From assembly GCA_005223075.1 (NCBI GenBank), contig NJBO01000003.1, positions 81,555 through 145,554 on the forward strand: a stretch of 64,000 nt of DNA, written 5' to 3'. The notes beneath the pieces are model-generated. The model was not told the DNA's origin and made no database searches. It saw only the letters and a program-made list of their open reading frames with translations. The DNA comes from a candidate division TA06 bacterium B3_TA06 (lineage in GTDB: Bacteria > Hydrothermota > Tepidihabitantia > B3-TA06). The position numbers and the translations under genes are program-made. How positions within the stretch are numbered: position 1 is the stretch's first letter; each line of letters starts with the position of its first letter. Of the stretch, positions 9,449 through 18,666 are shown piece after piece.

Positions 9449-10288
9449 TCACCGGAGGACGTAGCGCTGAGAACAAACAACCGCCTGGGAACCGAACACG
9501 CCCCAAGCACCTTCGATGTGCATGTAGTCTTCCACGCGGATGCCAGGGTCCCCGCGATCTTCTCCATAATACCGGTAGTCATAAGCGTTGGTGTCCAGAG
9601 CCGATACCCAGAACCAAAGGGAGTCGCCCCACAAATCAAGTTCCTCCAGAGGTATCGAGTAACTATCACCGGGCAACAACTCCGGATAGGTGAAAGCGGA
9701 ATCTATGTAGACTGTATCTGCGTCCTCATCCTCCCACGAGGCCCAGACAAATGCCTTCACCAGATAACCTGCGGCATCGCTGGACTTGCTCCACGCCAGG
9801 GTATCGGTAGTGGATATGGTGTCGGTCTGAAATCCCGTTATCTCGAAGCTTCCAGGAATAGTGGTCTGAGCCTCGATCTCCTCCCCCGAAGGATAGGTAA
9901 CCTCAAGCTCCCAGGTTTGGCCGGCCAAAAGCTGGATGGAATCTGAATAGTAGTATCCCACAGAGTCTTCGTTTTCGGCAAGAGCAAAACTCTGCTCGCC
10001 CTGTTTGAGGCTGACCTCTGCCCCGCTGACCCCGCTCCAGGGGAAAACTATCTCCAGCCAGACTTCAAACGTATCGTCATACCAGAAGGTATCCATGATG
10101 GTATCCGGCACCAGCGCCAGGGTATCGCCTACTGAAGTGGTTTTTCCAACCATGATGCACGCAAACGAGGAGTCGGTAGTGAGTACAGCATAGATATTAG
10201 GTTCACCTTCGTAGGTTTCCGGAGTGGTGTCGCAGGCGATTACGGATAAAAGAAGGATGATGGCGGGTATTATCCTGAATCTCATCAC
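9449..10288 (-). CDS. DUF4249-like lipoprotein partner of a TonB-dependent receptor
   Basis: Lipobox VIAC; C-terminal HIEGAWGVFGS motif; overlaps the receptor stop codon. Confidence 0.75.
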   Translation of the reverse strand: MMRFRIIPAIILLLSVIACDTTPETYEGEPNIYAVLTTDSSFACIMVGKTTSVGDTLALVPDTIMDTFWYDDTFEVWLEIVFPWSGVSGAEVSLKQGEQSFALAENEDSVGYYYSDSIQLLAGQTWELEVTYPSGEEIEAQTTIPGSFEITGFQTDTISTTDTLAWSKSSDAAGYLVKAFVWASWEDEDADTVYIDSAFTYPELLPGDSYSIPLEELDLWGDSLWFWVSALDTNAYDYRYYGEDRGDPGIRVEDYMHIEGAWGVFGSQAVVCSQRYVLR

Positions 10289-12573
10289 AACCTGGCCCTT
10301 ATTCCAAAGCTGGGTATGGGGACGGGCAGCATCGGTACTGCTTCCCTTTGGGTGACTCCGTTTTCGTCAATCTCGTAGTCGTAGAAGAGTACGTTGCGCC
10401 TGGCGTAAACGTTGAGCACCTGGATGTAGAACTCGGCGTCGTAGCGCTTGAACAGCTTGAAGTGCTTGGTGAAGCCTGCGTCGAGGCGGTGATAGGGCGG
10501 ATAACGAACCTCGCCCCGTCTGCCCGAGATAGGCATCCAGTCAATCTCTCCCTCTTCATTAACATGCTGATACCAGCCTATCTGTGCTGTGAAGGGAAAA
10601 CCCGAACCGAACACCCACGCTGTGGTAAAGTTCCAGCCCTTGCCCAGAGGCAGCGCGAACGAGAAATTCACATTGTGCCGCGAGTCGTGCACCGGATAGA
10701 ACCAGTCGCTATCCTCAAAACGATACTTGGTAACCGAATAAGAGTAACCCAGCCAGGCCGAGCCGCGCTTGAGGAAAACCTCCGCACCGTATGAGTAGCC
10801 TTGCCCCATGGAGATGTCACCGGTATCTGTAGTGATCCCTTCTCCTCCAAACCAGGTGGCCTCGCGTATATTTCGTATATCCTTAAAGTAGGCCTCCACC
10901 GAAAGACTCATATCCTTACCAAAGAGGTGCTCTGTGCCCAAGGTAGCGAGTGTAGAGTGAAGCGGGGGATAGCGCTCGTCGGCCGGCATCCACTGCTGGA
11001 CGAACTGGACAGGCATCTTAAGCATCATCTCATCGCGGGGTAGGGGAACGCAAAGGTATTGATAGTAAAGCCCTGCTCCGGCCTTTATCGCCCAGGCGGC
11101 AGTGATCCGGCGCTTTATGCCTAACCGGGGAGAAACCCTCCAGTAATCTCCTTTAGAGAAGTACTCACCTCTCATGCCGGTTTCTATGACCCAGAAAGGG
11201 GTAGGTTCCCACTTATCCTGCACGTACGCAGCGGCAAGCCAGAAGGTGTCCCGCAGATCATAGAACACGGTATCCGTCTCCTCTTGAATGCTAGAGGTCT
11301 CAATAACCTTGCCCTCCAACCCGAACTCTAAAACATGTTCTGGTGCGGTGAACCAACTGAGTCCCCACTGCAGCCCCAGCTCACCGATTCCGCTGCGAAG
11401 CCTATAATAATACTCCTCACCGTTTCTCTCAACTACCTTGCTGTCAACCCGGTAACGAGTGGCATTGAATCCGAGAACGGAAAAAAGCTGAGGCGTGAAA
11501 AGGTAACGCCAGCGCAGCCCCAAAGTTCCATTCCCCCAACGGAAATCTAAATCCGTTACCCCTTCCTCCTCCTCATACCCTTCCTCTTCAGCCCCTTTCA
11601 ATGACAGCACGTCGTCGCCGAAGAAGCCGGAGACGGTGAACCGGGATCGTTCGCTGGCGTCCCAGTTCACCTTGGCCTGAAGATCGTAGAAGTGATAGGG
11701 GAGATAGATGGAGAAATCGGGATTGAATATCTTATCCAGCGTCCAGGTGATGGCATCAATGTAAGTCCTTCGTCCGGCAACAAGCCAGGAACCTTTGGCA
11801 CCCCAGGGAAGCGGCCCTTCCACGACAAGCTTGGAGGTCAAAAGCCCGATCTCTCCATAACCGGCTATCCGTTCGCTGTTGCCCGCCTTCATCTCCACGT
11901 CAAGCACCGAGGATATCGCTCCGCCGTAACGGGCCGGGTAACCGCCGGTATATAGCTCCGCCCCTTTGAGGGATTCGAGAATGAAGGTGGAAAAGAAGCC
12001 CAGCAGATGGTATGGGTTGTAGACGGTAACGCCGTCGAGCAGCACAAGGTTCTGATCCATGGTTCCCCCACGAATGTAAAGGGCAGAGGTAAAATCGGAG
12101 ACCGACACCACTCCGGGCAGCATATGTAAAGAACGAAACAGATCCTGCTCAACAAATCCCGGTATCTGCTTCAGCTCGCTGAGTTCAACGTGCCTTACCC
12201 CAACGTCGACCTCGTGCTCGAACCGCGCACGCTCCGCTGTTACCTCGACCGGTTCCATACCCAGGGGCTGGGGCTTAAGGTAGAAGTCGCGGCGCAGCCT
12301 CTTATCGGCTCTGACGTCTATCTCTAAGCGTTCCTCCCGATAACCTATCATCGAAACGATCAAGGTGTGCTTGCCCTCGGGTACACGTGAAAGCACGTAG
12401 TAGCCCTGCTTGTTGGTGGCGGTGCCCATGCTTTTATCGGCAAGATAAACGCTGACGTAGCTCAGGAACTCGCCTGACTCCGCTTCGCGCACGAACCCTG
12501 CAACCATTCCGGTCTCGGCGGCAAAAAGGAACTCCGTGAGAAAAAGCACTGCCCATATTATTCCCTTGCGCAT
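10285..12573 (-). CDS. TonB-dependent receptor with carboxypeptidase-like N-terminal domain
   Basis: Start moved to MRKGIIWAV (signal peptide; promoter directly upstream). Plug motifs DLFRSLHMLPGV, YIRGG..DQNLVLLDG and GGYPARYG; barrel end YHRLD...NVYARRN. Confidence 0.92.
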   Translation of the reverse strand: MRKGIIWAVLFLTEFLFAAETGMVAGFVREAESGEFLSYVSVYLADKSMGTATNKQGYYVLSRVPEGKHTLIVSMIGYREERLEIDVRADKRLRRDFYLKPQPLGMEPVEVTAERARFEHEVDVGVRHVELSELKQIPGFVEQDLFRSLHMLPGVVSVSDFTSALYIRGGTMDQNLVLLDGVTVYNPYHLLGFFSTFILESLKGAELYTGGYPARYGGAISSVLDVEMKAGNSERIAGYGEIGLLTSKLVVEGPLPWGAKGSWLVAGRRTYIDAITWTLDKIFNPDFSIYLPYHFYDLQAKVNWDASERSRFTVSGFFGDDVLSLKGAEEEGYEEEEGVTDLDFRWGNGTLGLRWRYLFTPQLFSVLGFNATRYRVDSKVVERNGEEYYYRLRSGIGELGLQWGLSWFTAPEHVLEFGLEGKVIETSSIQEETDTVFYDLRDTFWLAAAYVQDKWEPTPFWVIETGMRGEYFSKGDYWRVSPRLGIKRRITAAWAIKAGAGLYYQYLCVPLPRDEMMLKMPVQFVQQWMPADERYPPLHSTLATLGTEHLFGKDMSLSVEAYFKDIRNIREATWFGGEGITTDTGDISMGQGYSYGAEVFLKRGSAWLGYSYSVTKYRFEDSDWFYPVHDSRHNVNFSFALPLGKGWNFTTAWVFGSGFPFTAQIGWYQHVNEEGEIDWMPISGRRGEVRYPPYHRLDAGFTKHFKLFKRYDAEFYIQVLNVYARRNVLFYDYEIDENGVTQREAVPMLPVPIPSFGIRARL

Positions 12574-12639
12574 ACCGAACTCTATCCGTCTATTCCTGTA
12601 TGTCAAGAGGCAATACCGGACCCCCCGGCGACATGCCAT

Positions 12640-12807
12640 CGCAGGCAGATACCGCCGGCAGGTTCGGGAACCGCTTTAACTCATCCGTATGCTGAGAGTT
12701 AATCTTAACGGTTATGATCCTGGAAGGATCGGGGGAGCTCGGAAAAGGTCTCTTCCCCTAGATCAACACCAACCACCTCATCGTTTACCCAAATCCTGGT
12801 TTCACGT
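12640..12807 (-). pseudogene. Frameshifted fragment paralogous to the N-terminal domain of the LRR lipoprotein
   Basis: WVNDEVVGVDLGEETFSELP/DPSRIITVKINSQHTDELKRFPNL aligns with WVNGKLVGADLEEVAFADLSNPEEIVSVRTDAEHMLELKRFPNL. Promoter and AGGAGG are retained. Confidence 0.75.
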
Positions 12808-12954
12808 TATCCCTCCTTGGATGCATACTATCTGCTTTGGCAGAGGAAGTCAAGTGGACAAATGTCTGTGCGCCAAGAGATTGTTACCAGGGTAGCGTGA
12901 TAGGGTGAGGGAAAGATGTGGAACAGCCTTACCTGCCTCTGTGCACGAGGGTGT

Positions 12955-12998
12955 CGCTCAATTCAAATTGCAAACTGCAAATTCTAAATTGCAAATTT
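12955..12998 (+). repeat. Heptamer (T(G/T)CAAAT-like) tandem tract
   Basis: cgctca attcaaattgcaaactgcaaattctaaattgcaaatt; a related copy lies at 14605-14640. Confidence 0.75.
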
Positions 12999-13428
12999 GT
13001 CTGGATACAAGCGATAGAACTGTGGGCTTCGATTATGGAGAGATGAAGGGTATATGTTTGAGATTCTAATGAGTGTTGGTCCAGAGGGATAGATAAGCCT
13101 GGTTGTGGAGTATAGCTAATTACTAAGTCCAACAGTTTATAAAAACCGTCGCCGTCAATCTTGGGGTTATCCTTTAAGTTTGGGAATTGGCCATCACAGT
13201 GGACCAATTTAGCGAGTTGCAGGCCGATAAGTTCAAATAATCGGCAAGTTACCTTTGGCGGCAACCGCATTCAGACCATGCGGATAAGAATACCTCCTCA
13301 AGCAAAGGCCTTCTGTCTTCAGCACACTATCTTCTCCCTTGATGGGAAGGAGAGGTAACGAATGCTTCCTATCTTGACATCTTCGGCTGAGCCGTGTAGG
13401 ATATTCCTAATCCAACAAGGAGGAAAAG

Positions 13429-14565
13429 ATGAATAACCTTGCGTTCATAAAACGAGCAGCGCTCGTTATCCTTGCGCTGCTGATGCCCGTAACTGTTACC
13501 TGCAAGAAACAAGCCGGGAATAACAACCAAGTCGAGGAACGGTATCTCATCATCACTGAAGAAGGCGGGGACGAGAAAGAGATAGATGTCACCGGCTGGG
13601 AGCCTGGCGAAGAGTTCGTCTGGTTGAGTGGATTCGGCTACCCCTGGCAAGGTGAAGACAGCCTTGACTACCGTATCGAGGATGGTCTTCTATGGGTGAA
13701 CGGCAAGCTGGTCGGTGCGGACCTTGAAGAGGTCGCGTTCGCCGATCTGTCCAATCCTGAGGAGATAGTTAGCGTTCGCACGGATGCAGAGCATATGTTG
13801 GAGCTGAAGCGATTCCCCAATCTTACTGTAGTATTTCCTTTTGTCATAAAAGATGATGACTTGGCACACCTTAAGGGTTTCACCAACCTTAGGGCGTTGT
13901 ATCTGCTCGGGCCCCTGATCACGGACGCCGGGCTTCGCCACCTTTCAGGCCTCACCAACCTGAGGGAGTTGTATCTGTGGGAGACCGACATCACGGACGC
14001 AGGGTTTGTGCATCTCAAGGGTCTCACCAACCTGAGGGTGTTGAGTTTGTTCGAGACGGATATCACCGACGCCGGGCTTCGCCACCTTGAGGGACTCAAG
14101 AACCTGAGGGTGTTGGGTCTGCTCGGTACCGATATCACGGACGCCGGGCTTGCCCACCTTAAAGGTCTCACTAACCTGAAGGGGTTGTATCTGAACGGCA
14201 CCGATGTCACGGACGCCGGGCTTCGCCACCTTTCAGGCCTCACCAACCTGAGGGTGTTGGATCTGGGGGCCACCGACATCACGGACGCTGGGCTTACGCA
14301 CCTTAAAGGACTCACCAACCTGAGGGAGTTGAATCTGTGGTATACCGCTATCACCGACGCGGGACTTAAACACCTTAAAGGTCTCACCAACCTGAGGGAG
14401 TTGAATCTGCGGAATACCGACATCACGGACGCCGGGCTTCGCCACCTTGAGGGCCTCAAGAATCTGAGGATGTTGGATCTGTGGAGAACCAAGATCACGG
14501 ACGCCGGGGAAAAAGAGTTAAAAAAGGCGCTGCCGGAGTGTGGGATTTACCGTCATTATAGGTAA
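13429..14565 (+). CDS. Leucine-rich-repeat (24-aa unit) probable lipoprotein
   Basis: Signal peptide ending VTC; nine LxHLxGLTNLRxLxLxxTDITDAG repeats; promoter TTGACA-17-TAGGAT at 13374-13402; SD AAGGAGG. Confidence 0.92.
   Translation: MNNLAFIKRAALVILALLMPVTVTCKKQAGNNNQVEERYLIITEEGGDEKEIDVTGWEPGEEFVWLSGFGYPWQGEDSLDYRIEDGLLWVNGKLVGADLEEVAFADLSNPEEIVSVRTDAEHMLELKRFPNLTVVFPFVIKDDDLAHLKGFTNLRALYLLGPLITDAGLRHLSGLTNLRELYLWETDITDAGFVHLKGLTNLRVLSLFETDITDAGLRHLEGLKNLRVLGLLGTDITDAGLAHLKGLTNLKGLYLNGTDVTDAGLRHLSGLTNLRVLDLGATDITDAGLTHLKGLTNLRELNLWYTAITDAGLKHLKGLTNLRELNLRNTDITDAGLRHLEGLKNLRMLDLWRTKITDAGEKELKKALPECGIYRHYR
13861..14508 (+). repeat. Nine 72-bp LRR-coding repeats
   Basis: Recurrent atcacggacgccgggctt and ctcaccaacctgaggg motifs at 72-bp period. 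Confidence 0.92.
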
Positions 14566-14604
14566 GGATCGCAGAGGGAGCTAACGGCATGGACGCGGCT
14601 GCGC

Positions 14605-14692
14605 CGCTCATTTCAAATTTCAAAGTGCAAAATGCAAATTGAAGGTGCGCTAACGGCTAACAGCTCACCGCCGACCGCCCACGGCTGACAGC
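14605..14692 (+). repeat. Two adjacent heptamer tracts (TKCAAAW and GCYVACV)
   Basis: tttcaaatttcaaagtgcaaaatgcaaatt, then gctaacg gctaaca gctcacc gccgacc gcccacg gctgaca. Confidence 0.75.
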
Positions 14693-15071
14693 AAACGTGT
14701 ATAGGGTGTACCTTAAAGCATCCGTGGGATATTAGTTCGCTAGCGAGGCTGATACCCTATGAACGCATACAGTGCTCAAGGGATATGCTATACCTGACGG
14801 GAGCACGCTGTCCCATTAAGGGAGGAGAGTAATCTGCCTCCTCTATAAGAACCAGTCATGTAAACAGTTACACCTGTATCCAAACTCTAAACCCTCATGC
14901 ACCCCCCCTACCTCCCTATGCATCTTGCCAACCGACCCAGATTAACTTCCCTTAAAGGCATCTAACTAATATTCTCGAATCTCCCTCTACCCTCTTCTCC
15001 AGACCCCCCAATTAGTCCGCTCTCATGGTCAATTCCCTTAAGTTTTTCTATCCTTAGTTTAGCTGTATCGT

Positions 15072-15464
15072 TCATTGCGCCAGCCATTTCTCTATTGTGA
15101 CGGTGGTTCCATGACCTGGTTGGGTATTGATCTCCATATGGTCAGTAAGCCTTTTCGCACCGGGTAGTCCTTTCCCCATGGCCTTCATTGAGGACCAGCC
15201 GTCCTTTAGAGCCAGTTCCACATCATCTATTCCCGGACCATTATCGATGAAGCTTATGCGAATCCCGCTGTGAGAATCGGAGTGTTCTTCTATGTGAACT
15301 TCTCCTTCGCCTGCGTAGAGGTAGATGTTTCGGGCCAGCTCAGATACCGCGGTGCTGATCCGGGTCTGATCAACAAGCCCGAAACCTAACTTTCGAGCCA
15401 CCTCTTTTGCTGCGGCACGTGCGTGGACGATGTCAGATTCCTCTTTAATCGGAACCACTATCAT
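15072..15464 (-). CDS. rsbT: Anti-sigma regulatory factor / Ser-Thr kinase RsbT
   Basis: DIVHAR, TAVSELARNI, DNGPGI, DGWSS, GKGLPGAKRL and GTTVTIEKW motifs. Confidence 0.93.
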   Translation of the reverse strand: MIVVPIKEESDIVHARAAAKEVARKLGFGLVDQTRISTAVSELARNIYLYAGEGEVHIEEHSDSHSGIRISFIDNGPGIDDVELALKDGWSSMKAMGKGLPGAKRLTDHMEINTQPGHGTTVTIEKWLAQ

Positions 15465-15882
15465 CCGCTTCCTCTTCTTCGCTTTCCTCCTCGAGACCTT
15501 GCTTCTCTGAGGCCTTCTCCTTCAGGCTCTCCTGCAGGAGTTCGTAGCCTTCGTCAAGGTTTATTGCTGTCCTTACCCCACCTAAGGAAAGCCCCAACTC
15601 CACCAATGTGATGGCAACCGCTGGCTGCATGCCCACGATCACGATCTCCGCATCAAGTGTAGAGGCCATCCTGGCTGTGTCCGCAAGGGTGCGCCCCATG
15701 AAGGAATCAACCATCTCCAAGGCTGAGATATCGATGAGTACGCCCTTGGCCTGAGTCTGGGAGATGCGCTCGAGGATATCTTGCTGAAGCTGCTGGGCTA
15801 TCCGGTCGTGCAGGTCAATCTGGATGGAGACGAGCAGGAAATCCTTCAGCTTAAGGATAGGAATAGAGGTGTTCTCTAGCAT
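15445..15882 (-). CDS. rsbS: STAS-domain stressosome protein RsbS with acidic tail
   Basis: IPILKL, VLIDISALEMVDSF and GMQPAVAITLVELG; start set at MLENTSIP, just after the rsbR stop. Confidence 0.92.
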   Translation of the reverse strand: MLENTSIPILKLKDFLLVSIQIDLHDRIAQQLQQDILERISQTQAKGVLIDISALEMVDSFMGRTLADTARMASTLDAEIVIVGMQPAVAITLVELGLSLGGVRTAINLDEGYELLQESLKEKASEKQGLEEESEEEEADDSGSD

Positions 15883-15884
15883 GG

Positions 15885-16535
15885 CTAGGCTTTCCGCTCT
15901 TCTACCATCCTTATGTTCAGACGCCCAAAGGCCCACTTCAAACCTTCAGCCAGGGTAGAGAGTGTCTCTACCCCTGAGAGATCCACCCCCAGATGCACCA
16001 TGGTCTGGGCGACCTCCGGTCGTATGCCGGTGATAACGCAGTCAGCACCCAGAAGCTGCACCGCGGCAATCGTTTTTAACATGTGATTGGCTACAGCCGA
16101 GTCAACCGTGGGAACGCCGGTGATGTCCAGTATGGTCACCTTGGTTTGGGTGGCCGCGATATCTGTCAAGAGGGACTCGGTGAGCCTCTGCGAGCGCCGG
16201 GTATCGAGCGTTCCGATAAGGGGCAGAACCAGCACACGCTCCCATATCTTGATGATGGGTGTTGAAAGCTCCTCAATTGCCTTGCGCTGTTGCTCGATAA
16301 GGGCGAGTTTTTCCTCAAGCTCTTCGGCCTTCTTCGTGCTCTCGCGAACCTCCTCGCCCATGTCGGAGATCACGAGATTTATCCCGGTCTCTACTGCGCT
16401 AAGGGCATCGGCCTTCTCTATATCGGTGTCGGTCTCAATCTGGACCCCGAAATCGCCGCACGCGGCCTGAGAAAGAATCTCTTCCATCCTTTCGATTCGG
16501 CTTTCCAGATCGGCTATCCCTTTCGTTTTAGCCAT
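15885..16535 (-). CDS. rsbR: Stressosome RsbR-family protein (short HAMP-like/coiled-coil N-terminus plus STAS)
   Basis: ELSTPII, LPLIGTLDTRR, ILDITGVPTVDS and ITGIRPEVAQTMV motifs. Confidence 0.92.
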   Translation of the reverse strand: MAKTKGIADLESRIERMEEILSQAACGDFGVQIETDTDIEKADALSAVETGINLVISDMGEEVRESTKKAEELEEKLALIEQQRKAIEELSTPIIKIWERVLVLPLIGTLDTRRSQRLTESLLTDIAATQTKVTILDITGVPTVDSAVANHMLKTIAAVQLLGADCVITGIRPEVAQTMVHLGVDLSGVETLSTLAEGLKWAFGRLNIRMVEERKA

Positions 16536-16561
16536 ACTTCACTCCTTCACAATGAGGCTAA

Positions 16562-16960
16562 TTACTTTGATTCCTTCTCTTTTCCCTTTTCGTCTTTCAG
16601 CCAGGCAAGGGCTTCTTCTTCCGTGTCGAAGAACTTGAGATCTCTCCCTCTTCCTATCGCTGTGAATACGATTTTGCCAAGCATCCGGAGTGTCGGGTTC
16701 GCTCCATGGATCGCTATCTTACCCCAGTTGACCAGGTTGATAGTTTCGCGGATTGTCTTGCGGGTCTGTTTATCGTGGAGAGTCTGAGACTCCTCGGCCA
16801 GCTCGATGAAGAAGTAGCGGTGTAGCTCGGGTTCAAAATTGTCTTTGACAAAATGGAAGAAGCCGGAGGTACCCTCCGAGTCTAATGCCTGATAGAGAAC
16901 CGCGCGCATCACCTCGTTTTCCTCGTCGAACCAGATCTTGTACTTCTCTTTCTCCTCCAT
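16562..16960 (-). CDS. STAS/SEC14 (SpoIIAA-like) domain protein, copy 1
   Basis: KIAIHGA..RMLGKI and C-terminal KFFDTEEEALAWLK; paralogue of 18970-19362. Confidence 0.82.
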   Translation of the reverse strand: MEEKEKYKIWFDEENEVMRAVLYQALDSEGTSGFFHFVKDNFEPELHRYFFIELAEESQTLHDKQTRKTIRETINLVNWGKIAIHGANPTLRMLGKIVFTAIGRGRDLKFFDTEEEALAWLKDEKGKEKESK

Positions 16961-17491
16961 TTTTATTCTCCTTTCAGCGATTTAAAGGTTTTCTTGCGCA
17001 AGAAAAGCGAGTATCTTGCTTGCACCGAATCAGGTTTAGTCCCGATTCAGCTACGGCTAACATTATTCTGTCTTCATCTATGCCCACACTACCCATACTT
17101 GTAAGGGGGAAATCTTTGAACATATTACTGTTTTTCCTTCCCTTGTCAACCCCATTTGATCAGCTCATCCTATTAATGCCCGAACATCCTTAAATAATAT
17201 TATTTTATTACATTTATCTAAAGGAACCAGCTAGATGGAGTCATTTCTAATTTTATTGGCTACTTCTTCCTATCTGAAAAATGACCTAAATGTTCACTTG
17301 ACATATGCAGTTTTTTGATTATAATCAATCAACGAACAAAAGGAGTCGTTCTTTGGAAATAAAAAACTGCTTCGCACACAGCGGGTGTTTCAGCAAAGAC
17401 TAACGCAGGCTTTACCGCTTCGAAAAGCCTGAAAACCTTAGCCAAAACTGCTTGATACATTTAAGTATCAAGTATTAAAAAGGAGAGCTAA
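16961..17491. promoter_or_regulatory. Divergent promoter/leader region, copy 1 (duplicated at 19363-19889)
   Basis: Plus-strand TTGACA(17298)-16-TATAAT(17320); minus-strand TTGACA-16-TAATAT near 17122-17149; palindrome CTTGATAC-N6-GTATCAAG at 17451-17472. Confidence 0.85.
17332..17403 (+). CDS. Putative leader peptide upstream of luxE copy 1 (ACG start, or TTG at 17353 after AGGAG)
   Basis: (T)NKRSRSLEIKNCFAHSGCFSKD*; differences from copy 2 are mostly synonymous. Confidence 0.5.
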   Translation, partial: TNKRSRSLEIKNCFAHSGCFSKD

Positions 17492-18655
17492 ATGCCGAAA
17501 ACCACAAAAAAAACAAACAAGTATGCAACAGATTCGGAGTTCGTCCGCGATCTGGAGCATGACATCACTGCCTTCATAAAGGCCGGCGCTGAACAATCCG
17601 ATGTCGACGAAAAGTACAACGAACTCGCCCTTCGGTTGTTTGAGTACCAATACAACATGAACATACCTTACCAGAAGTACTGTGACAAATACGGCAAAAA
17701 ACCAGGCACCATAGATTCCTGGGAAGAGATTCCCGTGGTTACCACTTCCGCATTCAAGGAAGTGACATTCAGGACCTTTCCGGAGGAAGAAACTGTAATG
17801 CTCATGACCAGTAGCGGAACAGACGATCCTGAAAAGCGCTCAAAGGTCTATCTTAATAAGATGGGTCTCGAGTTATTCGACTTGTCCACCCAAACCGCAA
17901 TAGAACTTGGATTGTATGGTTCCCCGGATGAGAAGTTTCACGCATTGTTGCTCGGTCCCGATCCCGAATTAACGCCCGAGGCATCTATAGTGGTACGCGG
18001 ACTAATACAAGTGGTTGAAGGGCATTATATCGGGAAGCCGGAATTCTTCATAAAGCCTGATGGGTTCGATTTCGCAGGCCTTGCCGAAAGACTCAGGCAG
18101 GCCGAAGAGACCGGTGAACCGGTGGTGATCGCTGGAGCCACGTTCGGACATATCCACTTCTTTGACTATTGCCAATCCCAGGGCATCTCCTTCAAGCTGC
18201 CCGAAGGCAGCCGCTGCTTTGACGGTGGAGGCTACAAAGGCAAAGCAAGACAGATCACCAGAGAAGAGTACTGTCAACTGGCTAAAAAGGTACTTGACGT
18301 ACCGTCACATCTTCTTGTAAATTGCTACGGCATGGTCGAGGTACCCTTGCCTTTCATGGAAAACGTATTCTACAACCACAGAAAAGGCATAAAGGAACCA
18401 CGCTACAAGATGATTCCTCACTGGGGGAAAACCCTGGTTGTTGATCCCGACACCCTGAAGCCTTTGCCCAAGGGCGAACGAGGATTGCTTCGTCATTACT
18501 GTTTGGCTAATCTTGTGACCGCGCAGGCTATTCAAACGGATGATGTAGGTGTCGCAATCGGTTCCGGCTTCGAAATCTTGGGCCGTGCAAAAGGCTCCGA
18601 GGCGCGCGGCTGTTCCATTGCCATTGACGAACTCCTCAGCGCACAAAAAAAATAA
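17492..18655 (+). CDS. luxE: LuxE/PaaK-family acyl-protein synthetase, copy 1
   Basis: LFEYQY..N.PY.KYC, IPVVTTSAFK, TSSGT, GGYKG, YGMVE, IQTDDVG and ILGRAKGSEARGCS motifs. Confidence 0.88.
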   Translation: MPKTTKKTNKYATDSEFVRDLEHDITAFIKAGAEQSDVDEKYNELALRLFEYQYNMNIPYQKYCDKYGKKPGTIDSWEEIPVVTTSAFKEVTFRTFPEEETVMLMTSSGTDDPEKRSKVYLNKMGLELFDLSTQTAIELGLYGSPDEKFHALLLGPDPELTPEASIVVRGLIQVVEGHYIGKPEFFIKPDGFDFAGLAERLRQAEETGEPVVIAGATFGHIHFFDYCQSQGISFKLPEGSRCFDGGGYKGKARQITREEYCQLAKKVLDVPSHLLVNCYGMVEVPLPFMENVFYNHRKGIKEPRYKMIPHWGKTLVVDPDTLKPLPKGERGLLRHYCLANLVTAQAIQTDDVGVAIGSGFEILGRAKGSEARGCSIAIDELLSAQKK

Positions 18656-18666
18656 TGGAGGACAGG

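Noticed and set aside
12451..12465. 14/15 match to the tRNA-Thr 5' end (possible att site of the left element)
   Set aside because: It lies inside the intact TonB receptor reading frame; most likely chance.
12929..13358. 113-aa and 65-aa ORFs upstream of the LRR gene
   Set aside because: No convincing start context or motif, and one runs through the heptamer tract.
13668..14498. 276-aa minus-strand ORF and other repeat-like antisense ORFs
   Set aside because: Shadow frames of the 72-bp LRR repeats; the plus strand has the promoter, SD and signal peptide.
13861..14508. Diversity-generating retroelement target
   Set aside because: One variable codon column fits AAT-derived NNT, but the neighbouring variable codons do not, and there is no reverse transcriptase or template repeat in the window.
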